This document shows, one piece after another, positions 1 to 10,816 of a DNA stretch of 64,000 bases. The stretch lies in contig KV454011.1 in assembly GCA_001661245.1 (NCBI GenBank), positions 1 through 64,000 on the forward strand, read 5' to 3'. The first letter of the stretch is position 1. Each line of letters starts with the position of its first letter. Source of the DNA: Pachysolen tannophilus NRRL Y-2460 (taxonomy: Eukaryota). The notes beneath the pieces are model-generated. The model had not been told where the DNA came from, searched no databases, and saw nothing but the letters and a program-made list of their open reading frames with translations. The translations under genes and the position numbers were made by a program.

Positions 1-9
1 TACCCTAAG

Positions 10-40
<31 letters not shown>

Positions 41-1925
41 AAATCAACATCTTTAACAATTCTAATTATATGAATCCTGACTAGTATAACTGATGAATTC
101 TAAACAATTACAGTATCTATATTGGCACCTCTACATTAAACTACGAAATTTTCTATTAGTTTTTCATTATTTTATTCAATGAATCTCTATTGTTATACAT
201 CAAATCTTCTCTTATGCTTAATATTATTTTCACCTGTTTTCCTTTTACATTTGAAATTTCACTGGTTTACTTCAATGTTTAAAAAAAATAGTTTACGCAT
301 TATACAGTAAGTCATTATTATATCATCGCTTTTTTTTTTTTTACGACTCCATATACTCTTTGCAGTATATTATGGATTTAATGAGCAAGTTTTTAATGTG
401 CTCGTTTGGGAATAACGTTTTTTGAAGTTCTTGCACTGCAACATCCAGATGTTGCATATTTGCCGCTTATTATATTTCACTTTTTAAATATGCCGGACTA
501 TACCAACCTTAAAGGTCTGTTTAGATGTAAATAGTGTTTAGTTTACATGAGGACTCATTTCTTTAGTATTTTTTTTTTCTCTACCATTTCTTTATTCTAT
601 TCCAAAATCAAACAATACCTTTAAAACTAAATTTTTCAAAACTTTTCCACAACAAAGCTATCAATTCTTGACTAGAATGTGGCATTGAGTAGAATAACTT
701 CATAGAAATAAATATAACAATAATCACCAGATGAAAGTTAAAACTGTAATAGTTTTCCAAAATGCCTAGCTTTTTACTGCAAAATAATATTTTTAATATT
801 ATAAAACTTTTAATTTTCCCAATTAAACATTACTCAACAAAAACTAAAATAGTTTAGCGATGGCATAAATGCATGAACGTGCATCGAAAAAAGCTTCCGA
901 ATACAGAAACTACATTTTTTAAATAGGTTTTTTGAAACAAGGTCATGCAAGTTTACTGGACCTCACTCCAATAAATTTTTGATATACAGAAAACTGGAAT
1001 CTACCATTTGTTTGTTCTAGTAGCATACAACCAATTAATGAATTATTTTTTTTTTTTTTTTTTTTCCTTTGGCAATTCCTTTTCATCAAGCTCATGTGCT
1101 ACACTTGCTACACTTCTTTAGATATCATCGAACAGAAAGTCTCTCAAAATGTTCTTCCCGTATTATTAAAAGTCTGTCATTTATGCCATGCACACGACTA
1201 GTTTCCATTAAAAAAAAAAAAAAAAAAACAAAAAAAACAAAAATAAAAGTAAAAAAAGAAACAAAGAAAAAAAGAAAATTTTTTTTGCTGCATGAATGCG
1301 TTTAGTCTAAAGTTTATTAGTACTGAACCCTCTTAAAGTTAGAGCCAAGAATGATTGAATTGATTAGATTTTTTTGATAAAATTTTTTTCAATATTGAAT
1401 CAAACAATTTGGGTTCAGAAGAATGTTTTTAAATTCCTTTGGTTTAATTAAATAATTCCAGTCTCTTTTTTCTTTTTTTCTTTTAATTTTCTTTAGAGGA
1501 CTTTGTTGACAATTGAAATAATCAATTGGAGTGTTCATTATATAATGGATTCGTTTACCTGAGATATCGGTGATGAACTGCATAAATTGATGCATTTTTT
1601 TTACATTTTCTCTGTACCTTCAAGAAAGCGAGCACGGCACTACTATTCATTTATGAAAACTTTGTTTGGGTAAAAAAATTGTTTGTATGCAAAAAAACTC
1701 ATGTTTTGGTTAAAGATTTGCGAAATAGAAAAATTTTTATTTTATTTCTTTTTCTCATACATAAAATCTGGAAAAGAAAAAAAAGAAAAAGAAACCATCT
1801 TGATGTATACAAGAAGTAAAACTATATAAGAATGGCTGCTTCTCTCTTTCCAGATGTAAAATTTTTTCTTTTTTTCTTTATCCGTTCATAACTTGAATAA
1901 TTGAGTTTATTCTTTATTATTTAAA

Positions 1926-3785
1926 ATGGCTACTGAATTTGAATCAAGATCTGAAGCTTCTCAAGAGCTTGAGAAGAATGAGGAAGTTCTTTCCAATGAA
2001 AGAACTTCAATTGAGACAGATGCTGAAATTCCAAAAAGGTCTTTCGCTATAAGAAAGACTGAGATTATTGCTGCTCAATACGATACTATCTATCACAAGT
2101 TCCTGATTTTATTTTGTGCCTTATTAGTCGGTTATGGTTATGGTTTAGATGGTAACATCAGATACGTCTTTACTTCATATGCTACTTCTGCTTACAGTAC
2201 CCATTCTTTATTGTCCACTGTTAACGTTATTGAGGCTGTTGTTGCTGCTGCTTCTCAGCCAGTTTACGCAAGATTGAGTGATGTTTTCGGTAGATTACAA
2301 TTATTCGTTGTTGCAATTATGTTTTACGTTGTTGGAACCATTATTCAATCACAGTCTTATGATGTTCAAAGATATGCTGGTGGTTCGGTTTTATATTATA
2401 TTGGTTACACCGGTATCATATTGGTCTTGTTATTAATCTTGTCAGATTTCTCTTCATTGAAATGGAGATTGTTCTATACTTTTGTTCCAACTTTCCCATT
2501 CATCATTAACACATGGATTAGTGGTAACATTACTGCTGAAGTCGGCGGTGATAACTGGAGTTGGGGTATTGGTATGTGGGCTTTCATATTTCCATTAAGT
2601 TGTGTACCAATGTTTTGTTGTATGGTACACATGAGATGGTTGGCAGGAAGATCTGAAGAATGGAAACAATTAATTGAAGAAGAAAAAGCAGAGAAGAAAG
2701 ACGTTACTAGCATTGCCTCTCGTTTTGTCACCTTCATGACCGAAATGTTCTGGAAATTAGATGTTATTGGTTTAATATTATTGGTTGCTTCATTAGGTTG
2801 TCTTTTAGTTCCTTTAACTTTAGCAGGTGGTGAAACCGAAAAATGGAGACATGGAAATATCATTGGTCCAATTGTTTTAGGTGGTGTCTTGATTCCAATC
2901 TTTATCATCTACGAACACTACTTTGCTAGATTCCCAATTGCTCCATTCAATTTGATCAAGGATCGTGGTGTTTGGTCAGCTCTTCTTATCTCTTTCTTAT
3001 TTGACTTCATTTACTATATGGCTTGTGACTACCTTTACACTGTCTTAATTATTGCAGTTAATGAATCTACCGAATCTGCGACAAGAATTTCCGTCATTTC
3101 ATCATTCGTTGGTGTCGTTGCCGCTCCATTCTACGGGTTGTTCATTGTTAAATTCAAAAGATTAAAGGGTTTCATTGCATTCGGTTGTGCTTTATGGTTC
3201 ACAGCATGTGGTATGTTAATGAGATACAGAGGTGGTGAAGAATCACACTCAGGTATTATTGGTGCTCTTTGTGTCATGGGTTTGGGTACCTGTTTCTTAA
3301 CTTATCCTATCAACGTTTCCTTACAATCTGTCACTTCCCATGAAAATATGGCTAACGTTAGTTCTTTGTGTTACACCACATACAGAATTGGTGCTGCTGT
3401 TGGTTCCGCTGTCTCAGGTGCTATCTGGACTCAAACTTTATACAAGAAAATCTTGGAATACATGGGTGATTCTACTTTAGCTGCTTCAGCTTATGCTTCT
3501 CCATATGAATTCATTTTAATTTACACTTGGGGTACTCCAGAAAGAGAAGCTTTAGTTAAGGCTTACAAATATGTCCAGAACTTGGAAACTTTAGTCGCAG
3601 TTGTATTCTGTGCTCCGTTATTTATCTGTGCTTTGTTCTTGAGAGATCCAAAGTTAACCGACGAACAAGCCAAAGAAGAATTGAAAGTTGGTGAAGAAGT
3701 TTACAAACGTGATGAAGACTTCATTGCTAACTGGTTCTACGGTCTGTGGAAAAAAGTCACCAAAAAAAACAATACCGAATGTTAA
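1926..3785 (+). CDS. Siderophore-iron MFS transporter (ARN/SIT1 family)
   Basis: 619-aa multi-TM ORF with ARN-family motifs GYGYGLDGNIRYVFT, ARLSDVFGR, PFIINTWISGN and WGTPER. Confidence 0.9.
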   Translation: MATEFESRSEASQELEKNEEVLSNERTSIETDAEIPKRSFAIRKTEIIAAQYDTIYHKFLILFCALLVGYGYGLDGNIRYVFTSYATSAYSTHSLLSTVNVIEAVVAAASQPVYARLSDVFGRLQLFVVAIMFYVVGTIIQSQSYDVQRYAGGSVLYYIGYTGIILVLLLILSDFSSLKWRLFYTFVPTFPFIINTWISGNITAEVGGDNWSWGIGMWAFIFPLSCVPMFCCMVHMRWLAGRSEEWKQLIEEEKAEKKDVTSIASRFVTFMTEMFWKLDVIGLILLVASLGCLLVPLTLAGGETEKWRHGNIIGPIVLGGVLIPIFIIYEHYFARFPIAPFNLIKDRGVWSALLISFLFDFIYYMACDYLYTVLIIAVNESTESATRISVISSFVGVVAAPFYGLFIVKFKRLKGFIAFGCALWFTACGMLMRYRGGEESHSGIIGALCVMGLGTCFLTYPINVSLQSVTSHENMANVSSLCYTTYRIGAAVGSAVSGAIWTQTLYKKILEYMGDSTLAASAYASPYEFILIYTWGTPEREALVKAYKYVQNLETLVAVVFCAPLFICALFLRDPKLTDEQAKEELKVGEEVYKRDEDFIANWFYGLWKKVTKKNNTEC

Positions 3786-4040
3786 GTTACTAAAGTAGTA
3801 TCTAACAGCTACATTTTGGCTCTTTGTTTTCACATAATTACGTTACCTTGATAATTTTGCTCTATAGATTTTTTTTCGCTATATTAGTCTCATAATTTTA
3901 ATTAATAAATTTTTTTTCATTTCTATACATATGTGATGAATGTAATAAGAAATAAATTTATTTCTTATAAATTTAACGTCGAGTTCAATAATTCATTGCT
4001 ATATTCTGAAACGTCTTGAATTTTTTTTTTTTTTATCTAT

Positions 4041-5426
4041 TTATTTTTTAAGAGCAAACGAATGCGTCAAGGAGCTCTCTAAAAGTGAATTATCGTTATT
4101 ATTCATTCTATGACTACTAATTTTAAAGCAATCTGGCACTTCTTCATCCTCAATACTTGTTCCCTTTTTAATACAATTTGCAATAGCTTTACCACACAAC
4201 AAAATTCGAGGCATTCCATGTCCGTGGAATCCAGCAATTACAAATTTATTAGTCTCCGATACTGATTCACCCACGTACGGTAGTGAATCATTTGAATAAC
4301 CTAAAATACCTGGCCAAGCATAATCTACTACCGTATTTAAACTTTTCATCGATATAAAATGCTTTTGAAGCCAATTATCAAAATAGCGGTCTGTATTTTC
4401 AATTAAGTTCGAATCATCAACTACGTCGAAGAATTTTTCTCTGTAAGGGAAGATGTGTTTTTTAGCTCCTCCTACAACAATGGAACCATCCGGGCGTGGG
4501 ATCATGTAATCACTTTTTGACCCTGAGTAGCGGAGGCTATATGTATTTGTTAGATATGGAAGGCTCTCAGACTTACAAGCAGATACAATATGCGTACAAG
4601 TGCCTTTAATAGGAAAAATTTTTCCATCAAACTCTGGAGCAATAGCTTTAGTATATGCATTTGTTGCAATAACAATCTTATCCGCAAGTATATCACCCCT
4701 TGAAGTTTTGACTAAAAATTTATCATTATTCAATTTACTAGTTTTAATAACCATTGTATTGCTCTGTAAGTTCATGCCTTTTTTGATACAAATTTGCAAT
4801 AGAGCTACAACAAACTTGTAGGGCCATATTTGACCAGCTGGATAAGTTATACATGTTTCTGCATCCGGAACTTTTGAAATAATTTTTGCCGTTTCACCAA
4901 AATGTATTTGTATATCTTCCTTATTTTCAACTGAGCTATTTTTCATCATGGCGCTATAACCATCCACAGTTTTTTGTTGTTCTTCGGGAGTCATATCGAC
5001 GTCTACGGCCCTAGTCAATACTAAATCGCAAGCAATGTTTTCTTTTGAAACAAGTTTTGCAATTTCTTTAAAATTCTTATTTTCAAAATTGATAAGCTGG
5101 GCTGCGTTACTAGTTCCAAAATTTTTTGCATGCCTTAGATATCCTCTGTAGTTATCTGGTTTAATATGTCCGCCATTTCTGCCTGTGGCACCCGAGCAAA
5201 CATCTCTAGCCTCCAACATTACTATTTTAGGTGGAGTAGGATTATCTTGATATAAATAGTAAGCTGTTGACGCACCTGAAAACCCTGATCCAATTATAAC
5301 AACATCCAGCTCTTGAGGTAAAAAGTCTGTTGTTCGGTGATGCTTAAACTCATCAGACTCTGAGAGCCAAAAGGAAATCATTGGATTAGAAACTGGAAAA
5401 TAAGACTTAGTTGAGTCTGTCATCAT
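4041..5426 (-). CDS. FAD-dependent oxidoreductase, DAO/PuuB-like family
   Basis: DVVIIGSGFSG dinucleotide-binding motif, CSGATGRNGGH, C-terminal AGFHGHGMPRI. Confidence 0.88.
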   Translation of the reverse strand: MMTDSTKSYFPVSNPMISFWLSESDEFKHHRTTDFLPQELDVVIIGSGFSGASTAYYLYQDNPTPPKIVMLEARDVCSGATGRNGGHIKPDNYRGYLRHAKNFGTSNAAQLINFENKNFKEIAKLVSKENIACDLVLTRAVDVDMTPEEQQKTVDGYSAMMKNSSVENKEDIQIHFGETAKIISKVPDAETCITYPAGQIWPYKFVVALLQICIKKGMNLQSNTMVIKTSKLNNDKFLVKTSRGDILADKIVIATNAYTKAIAPEFDGKIFPIKGTCTHIVSACKSESLPYLTNTYSLRYSGSKSDYMIPRPDGSIVVGGAKKHIFPYREKFFDVVDDSNLIENTDRYFDNWLQKHFISMKSLNTVVDYAWPGILGYSNDSLPYVGESVSETNKFVIAGFHGHGMPRILLCGKAIANCIKKGTSIEDEEVPDCFKISSHRMNNNDNSLLESSLTHSFALKK

Positions 5427-5963
5427 TATATTTTGGAAGCTATCAAGATTTATTCATCCAACAGATAAATTAAGAAATTATCACTTCAGAAAGAAAATTA
5501 AGTACAGAAAAAGAAGAATTGGACATCTATGACTTTTAAGTAATCCATTTAGAAAAAAAAACCTAGATATCTTCTAATGGCTTAGTAAACCTTGATGAAA
5601 TATTTATGGCCAAAAACTAGGCCGAATCAATCTAAAATGCGGTTATCTTCGAATTGGGAATGCTTTCTGTATGAACTCGAGAAAAAGCTGCAGATAAAAT
5701 GCAGCCTCATCTGAAAAGTAGAAATTGCCCAAACTTATAGTATGTACCTTAAGCAACTCGTACCGCAGAGTTAAACTAGATGCAGTTCTAAGTAGTTACG
5801 GATCATGGTTTCACAATTTGGTGATAAGAAACATTGAAAAGATAGTTAGACGACAAATCGAAATATTCTAATATATCAGTACGGTTTTTCTCTTGTGTAT
5901 CATTCGAGAGACACTTACTATTTGAAGATTTATCCTAGAAATAGATAAGAGAAGAAGTAAAAA
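5427..5963. promoter_or_regulatory. Divergent promoter (oxidoreductase/HAD) with GATA sites
   Basis: GATAAG at 5823 and 5944 plus further GATAA/TTATC cores; carries motifs shared with the 10.8-11.6 kb promoter (5737-5754, 5789-5800). Confidence 0.6.
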
Positions 5964-6698
5964 ATGCCCTCAATTGTATTTGACATTGTTGGAACACTTA
6001 TATCTTACGAAAACTGTATTGCTGAAATAGAAAAGCAACTTGGAGATAGATTCAAGGCTGACAACATAAACCTGTCATTATTTTTCTTCTTTTGGTTGGC
6101 TGGTGCAGAAAGAGATTACTCGTATCTATCTCAATCGAATAATTATCAGCCTTTTTCCAAAATTATGGAATATACATTTTACAGGTCCTTGTTTTTTGCT
6201 GGTATAAAAACACCAAGACATTATTGTAGCCAAGATGAAGTCAATGAAATCATCAAGATTGGGTTTTTCAATTTAAGAGCAAGAAAACAAACCGAGGAAA
6301 CATTGAAGTTATTAGCTGAATATGGGTTTACTACCTATTTTTTAACAGATGCTTCTTCAGAAAGGGTGTTGAACTATTTTAAGAAATCAGGAATAGAAAT
6401 ATCCTCTGAAAATTTAATTTCTTGTGACTCCATTGATGCAGGAAAGCCGGAAGCTATTGTTTATCAGACTATGTCAAAAAGGTTGCCCGATAAACACAAG
6501 AATGACAAATGGTTCTTTGCAGCTCATATGTGGGATTCCTGCGCAGCCAGACAAGGAGATTTTAGAACTGCTTGGTCTGCAATTCATGAGTTTGAGCCGT
6601 GCACAGAGATTTTCGGAGAACCTGATGTACTTGGTGATGGTTTATTAGATACAGCTAGAAAGGTAATTGCCATGCATAAGACATTACTGGAAAAATAG
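5964..6698 (+). CDS. HAD-superfamily hydrolase, haloacid dehalogenase type II-like
   Basis: Motif I FDIVGTL, GKP motif III, AAHMWD motif IV. Confidence 0.85.
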   Translation: MPSIVFDIVGTLISYENCIAEIEKQLGDRFKADNINLSLFFFFWLAGAERDYSYLSQSNNYQPFSKIMEYTFYRSLFFAGIKTPRHYCSQDEVNEIIKIGFFNLRARKQTEETLKLLAEYGFTTYFLTDASSERVLNYFKKSGIEISSENLISCDSIDAGKPEAIVYQTMSKRLPDKHKNDKWFFAAHMWDSCAARQGDFRTAWSAIHEFEPCTEIFGEPDVLGDGLLDTARKVIAMHKTLLEK

Positions 6699-7021
6699 TA
6701 TAAATCAATAATAACATATATTATCTGTTATGTTAACTAAAGTTTAAGATTTATTATTTGAGACATTTGAATTACAAATAACAGGTTAAAATTTCAATTC
6801 TATTCTATTTGGTAAATACTATAAGGTAATAACAATTGTTTTTTCTTTTCTTTTTTTTTTTGCTCTAAAAGAAATACATAATTTGAATCTCAAAAATTTC
6901 AACTTTAAGAAAAGTCTTCCTATTTCTAAGACATTTGCAATACAATTTCAATTTCTTTGAGTACAAAAGTAGGTCTATACAAAGCTAATACTAAACCTAC
7001 CTAAACTTGTTAATTTAGGAT

Positions 7022-10000
7022 CTAAGTAGATTCTTTGACAATAGCCAAGCAATCACCAGGATTTACCATATCTCCTTCGTCAACAATGATTTCTAAAATC
7101 TCATAAAATTTGGCTTCTTTCTTGGTTTTGATTCTAACTGCGATTTCCATTTTCATTGCTTCTAGAACAATTAACACATCATCTTTTGTTACTTTATCAC
7201 CTTTTTTCACATTAACCTTGAAAATATTAGCAGCCATGCTAGACTGCACCTGGATATTATTAGGATCATTCAAGAGATTCAAATCTGAGTTTTTTGATGC
7301 TTTGGCAAGAGATTTTTCATGCATCCATTGATCCCATAATTTATTTTCCACCTTAGTTAGCTCTTCACAAGCTTTTATTTGTCTTTGTTTCAAAATAGCA
7401 GCTTCTTCAGCAATTGACTCCAAAAACTTTGTATATTCTTCAAAATCAAATAATGACTCTTTAGTATGAATTTTCAATTCACCAGTAATTAATTCATTAT
7501 TCAATTCAGCTAATTGTGGTTCATTTACTTCGTAAAATTCAATCTGGTCAAAATTCTTGAAAAACCAAGGTTTTCCACCAAAATCTTGGATTCTAGAAAA
7601 AGTATCCCAACATATATTTGGTAAAGTCATTCCCCAAATCATATATCCTCCTGGTGAGTCAACTGAATAAATTGAATGGCCGACAGCACCAGTACCAACA
7701 GCACCTCTTGGTGTAAAAGTTCTTGCCGGATTATACTTCTGAGTCATAAACCTCATTCTGGGATCTGGATGTGCAATCAAAGTATTAGCACATAAAAATG
7801 ATGCTGCAGTAATAATTTCAGGTTTACCGATAATTTTATCCTTGAAATCTTCAATCGTCTCTATACAACTAGCCTTCATGACAAATTTAGTGTTATCCGG
7901 TAGATAAGAAGCATATGGTCTTTGTGAATGCATGTAACGCTCAATACAATGTCTCAATGCGCTATGATCAAAACAAATTGGAAGTTTATAGATTTTTGAA
8001 GGAATCTTTAATTTATCAATTGGAGGAATTTTTGACTCTAAGTCAATTAATTTCTGTAATAATACCTTACGTGATATCTTAGAAGGATCAAAAACAAAAG
8101 CCATAGCACCAGTTGCTGATTCATATCTGATTAAACCATCTTTGAGATCATTATCATTTGAAGATTCAATTTCTAATTCTAATGCACGTTGTCTACCATT
8201 ATTCAATAGCGTGAAATGATCTATGCTGAAGTCAAGAATAATCATTTTTTCTCCGGCCTGACGAAATGTTACTTGTGGTAAGTCTTTACTCAGGTCAGCA
8301 CTCCTATATAATATAGGAGACGAAATATTTTTGTCATATATCAGGAGAGAGTCATCAAAGGGCACAGCATCCAAATCCGTAGGGAAAGAGCACAAATATT
8401 TGAGGAATTTTGTTCTTTGTTCAGAAAGCTTTCTGGAGTCCTCGTAGGTAATAAGTTCAAATCTAATTCCTGAGCCAATTTTAGCTTGTCCAAATTTCCA
8501 CCAGTCTGCTTCTGCAGGAACAGAAACGCATGTGAATCCCGACAAAGTGGCACCGTCAACACCAAATAACACTAATCCTGAACCTACAGCACTTAAGCCA
8601 CAAGTTGGGTACGGATACTCCAATATGTTACTAGGATGTGCACCACCATCTCCACCGGAATTTCTTGAAAAGATCATCGGAGGGCCATCTAGTTTAATTG
8701 CACCTCTATTCGAATTTAGGTTCACATGATAAACTGTGTTGTATAGTTGTTTTAAACCTTCATCACTACAAATCTCTTCTGAATCATGAGGTCCCCTTAG
8801 CATTCTAATGGTCCAGACATGATTTTCATCTAAAGAAAAGACTGGACGACACTTTATAGGCAAGCTATAACCCAAAGCCAACTCTTTGATTTCGTCCTTT
8901 GGATCAATTTCCAAACAGTCACCAGTGAATACAACACGACCTTGATGACCCCCTAATCCCAAGGTGGGAGTACAGGATTTTGATCCTAGGTAGTAAGCAA
9001 CTCCTGGGAAGCCTCCTTGAATTGATAAATAAGATTTAGAACCCTGATTTGAAGTTTCTCCAATTGTAACAACGCACCCAGCCGGAACTGTCAAAGCAGT
9101 ATACATTGGAACATCTTTGCCATCTATTTTAAATTCAAATTCACCACCTGTGAGTGCTATTACTGCTGTGGAGTGAAACTTTATCACGGGACCTCGTAAA
9201 CTAATTTCTAAACCTTCGGTGTTCATATCATTTCCCACGATGATATTTGCAATTTGTAAGCATAATGGATCAACTGGACCACTCAAAGGCACACCACCAT
9301 TACTTTTTTCACGACCTGGTAAATCCTGGATACTAGTATAGGCACCACCTTCTTCAAACTCCATAAGATGGGGTCTAAAATTGAATGATTTATTCAAAAA
9401 CGATGTTAATGTTAACCCATTTTGATACTCAAAAGAGTTTAAAATCTCTTTTAAGTACTCCACATTGGTTGGTGGTCCTTGTATCTTGATTGAGTTTAAA
9501 ACATCAACCATTCCAGATGTTGCAATTTTTCTTGTCTTTCCCCAAACCATAACTTTTGCTAATAATGGATCAAAATAAGGAGAAATTTTTGCACCAGTTG
9601 AAATCCAATGGTCTATTCTAATTTTAAAATCTTTAAATTCAGTGATGCTAGGGAATTCAACGTTATGTAGAATTCCCGGAGAAGGCTGAAAATTTCTTAT
9701 TGGGTTTTCAGCATATACTCTACATTCAATAGCATGACCTTGGGGAATTGCTACTCCATTTTCATCAACATCAAATGTACATTGCTCTTTCATGATTGAT
9801 AAAGGAATTCCAACTTGGCCTTTTGCTTCGTACTCTGCTTGTAGTAACATCATATAAACGAGATCAAGACCATAAATCAATTCTGTAATACCATGCTCCA
9901 CTTGTAGTCTCGTGTTCATTTCTAAAAAGTAATAATCACCACTATCATTATCAACAAGAAATTCTACAGTTCCTGCTGACTTATAATTCATACTTGAAGC

Positions 10001-10816
10001 AAGCCTAATAGCACACTCGGATAGATTTTTACGTAAACTCTTGTTATTATAATCGGGCAATTCAATAAATGGACTAGGTGCTTCTTCAACAACTTTTTGA
10101 TGACGACGTTGGATTGAACATTCTCTTTCACCGAAAGCCATTACATCGCCTTTTCCATTACCAAAAACTTGAATTTCAATGTGACGCCCATTCTCAACAT
10201 ATTTCTCCAAAAAAACACCAGTATTTTTGAATAACGACTCTCCTCTTGATTGAACTTCCTGAAAATTACTTTTCAATTCTGCTTCTTCATAACAAACTTT
10301 TAATCCCATACCTCCACCTCCTGCGGTTGCTTTTAACATGATTGGGTAACCTATTTTATTTGCGCACTCAATAACATCACTTTCCTTTTCTATTAAGTCA
10401 GAACCTGGTACAATAGGAACATTATTTTTACTAGCGATATCACGAGCAAAATGTTTTAAACCAAACAACTTAACCGACTCAGGACTTGGTCCAGCAAATA
10501 CAATTCCTTCTTTTTCCAAAGCCGCAGCAAAATCGGAATTTTCAGACAAAAACCCATAACCTGGTACTGCAACATCACAATAATGATCTTTTGCAACTTT
10601 TACAATTTGTTCAATGTCTAAATAAGCTGAAGCACCAACACCCTTTATTAAAACAGCAACATCAGCACTTGAAACATGTAGTGAATCCACATCTTCTTTT
10701 GTAAAAATGGAAACAGATTTCAATCCTAATTGCTTACAACTTTGAATTATTCTACAAGCAATTTCTCCTCTATTTGCTACAAGAACAGTTTTTATTTTCG
10801 TAAAGTGACTTTCCAT
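7022..10816 (-). CDS. Urea-carboxylase-like (LamA-like) biotin-dependent enzyme: BC + AHS2/PxpC-like + AHS1/PxpB-like + biotin carrier, no amidase domain
   Basis: VLVANRGEIA, GYGFLSEN, RECSIQRRHQKV, EMNTRLQVEH, HPSN, KYNPARTFTP, SPGGY, EAMKM biotin site; first ATG is 10816 (the ORF track starts at an upstream TTG). Confidence 0.9.
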   Translation of the reverse strand: MESHFTKIKTVLVANRGEIACRIIQSCKQLGLKSVSIFTKEDVDSLHVSSADVAVLIKGVGASAYLDIEQIVKVAKDHYCDVAVPGYGFLSENSDFAAALEKEGIVFAGPSPESVKLFGLKHFARDIASKNNVPIVPGSDLIEKESDVIECANKIGYPIMLKATAGGGGMGLKVCYEEAELKSNFQEVQSRGESLFKNTGVFLEKYVENGRHIEIQVFGNGKGDVMAFGERECSIQRRHQKVVEEAPSPFIELPDYNNKSLRKNLSECAIRLASSMNYKSAGTVEFLVDNDSGDYYFLEMNTRLQVEHGITELIYGLDLVYMMLLQAEYEAKGQVGIPLSIMKEQCTFDVDENGVAIPQGHAIECRVYAENPIRNFQPSPGILHNVEFPSITEFKDFKIRIDHWISTGAKISPYFDPLLAKVMVWGKTRKIATSGMVDVLNSIKIQGPPTNVEYLKEILNSFEYQNGLTLTSFLNKSFNFRPHLMEFEEGGAYTSIQDLPGREKSNGGVPLSGPVDPLCLQIANIIVGNDMNTEGLEISLRGPVIKFHSTAVIALTGGEFEFKIDGKDVPMYTALTVPAGCVVTIGETSNQGSKSYLSIQGGFPGVAYYLGSKSCTPTLGLGGHQGRVVFTGDCLEIDPKDEIKELALGYSLPIKCRPVFSLDENHVWTIRMLRGPHDSEEICSDEGLKQLYNTVYHVNLNSNRGAIKLDGPPMIFSRNSGGDGGAHPSNILEYPYPTCGLSAVGSGLVLFGVDGATLSGFTCVSVPAEADWWKFGQAKIGSGIRFELITYEDSRKLSEQRTKFLKYLCSFPTDLDAVPFDDSLLIYDKNISSPILYRSADLSKDLPQVTFRQAGEKMIILDFSIDHFTLLNNGRQRALELEIESSNDNDLKDGLIRYESATGAMAFVFDPSKISRKVLLQKLIDLESKIPPIDKLKIPSKIYKLPICFDHSALRHCIERYMHSQRPYASYLPDNTKFVMKASCIETIEDFKDKIIGKPEIITAASFLCANTLIAHPDPRMRFMTQKYNPARTFTPRGAVGTGAVGHSIYSVDSPGGYMIWGMTLPNICWDTFSRIQDFGGKPWFFKNFDQIEFYEVNEPQLAELNNELITGELKIHTKESLFDFEEYTKFLESIAEEAAILKQRQIKACEELTKVENKLWDQWMHEKSLAKASKNSDLNLLNDPNNIQVQSSMAANIFKVNVKKGDKVTKDDVLIVLEAMKMEIAVRIKTKKEAKFYEILEIIVDEGDMVNPGDCLAIVKEST

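Noticed and set aside
1..42. CCCTAA at the window start as a telomere
   Set aside because: Single copy followed by poly-T/poly-A; no tandem telomeric array
1069..1595. Short Lys/Phe-rich ORFs here and in other intergenic regions (e.g. 16126-16320, 19893-20165, 29684-30012, 39293-39589, 42497-42706)
   Set aside because: Translations of poly-A/T tracts, often with non-ATG starts and no recognisable motifs
2474..2908. Antisense or overlapping ORFs inside long genes (also 12666-13034, 22959-23378, 47280-47681, 54125-54601)
   Set aside because: Shadow frames of well-supported genes; no independent coding signal
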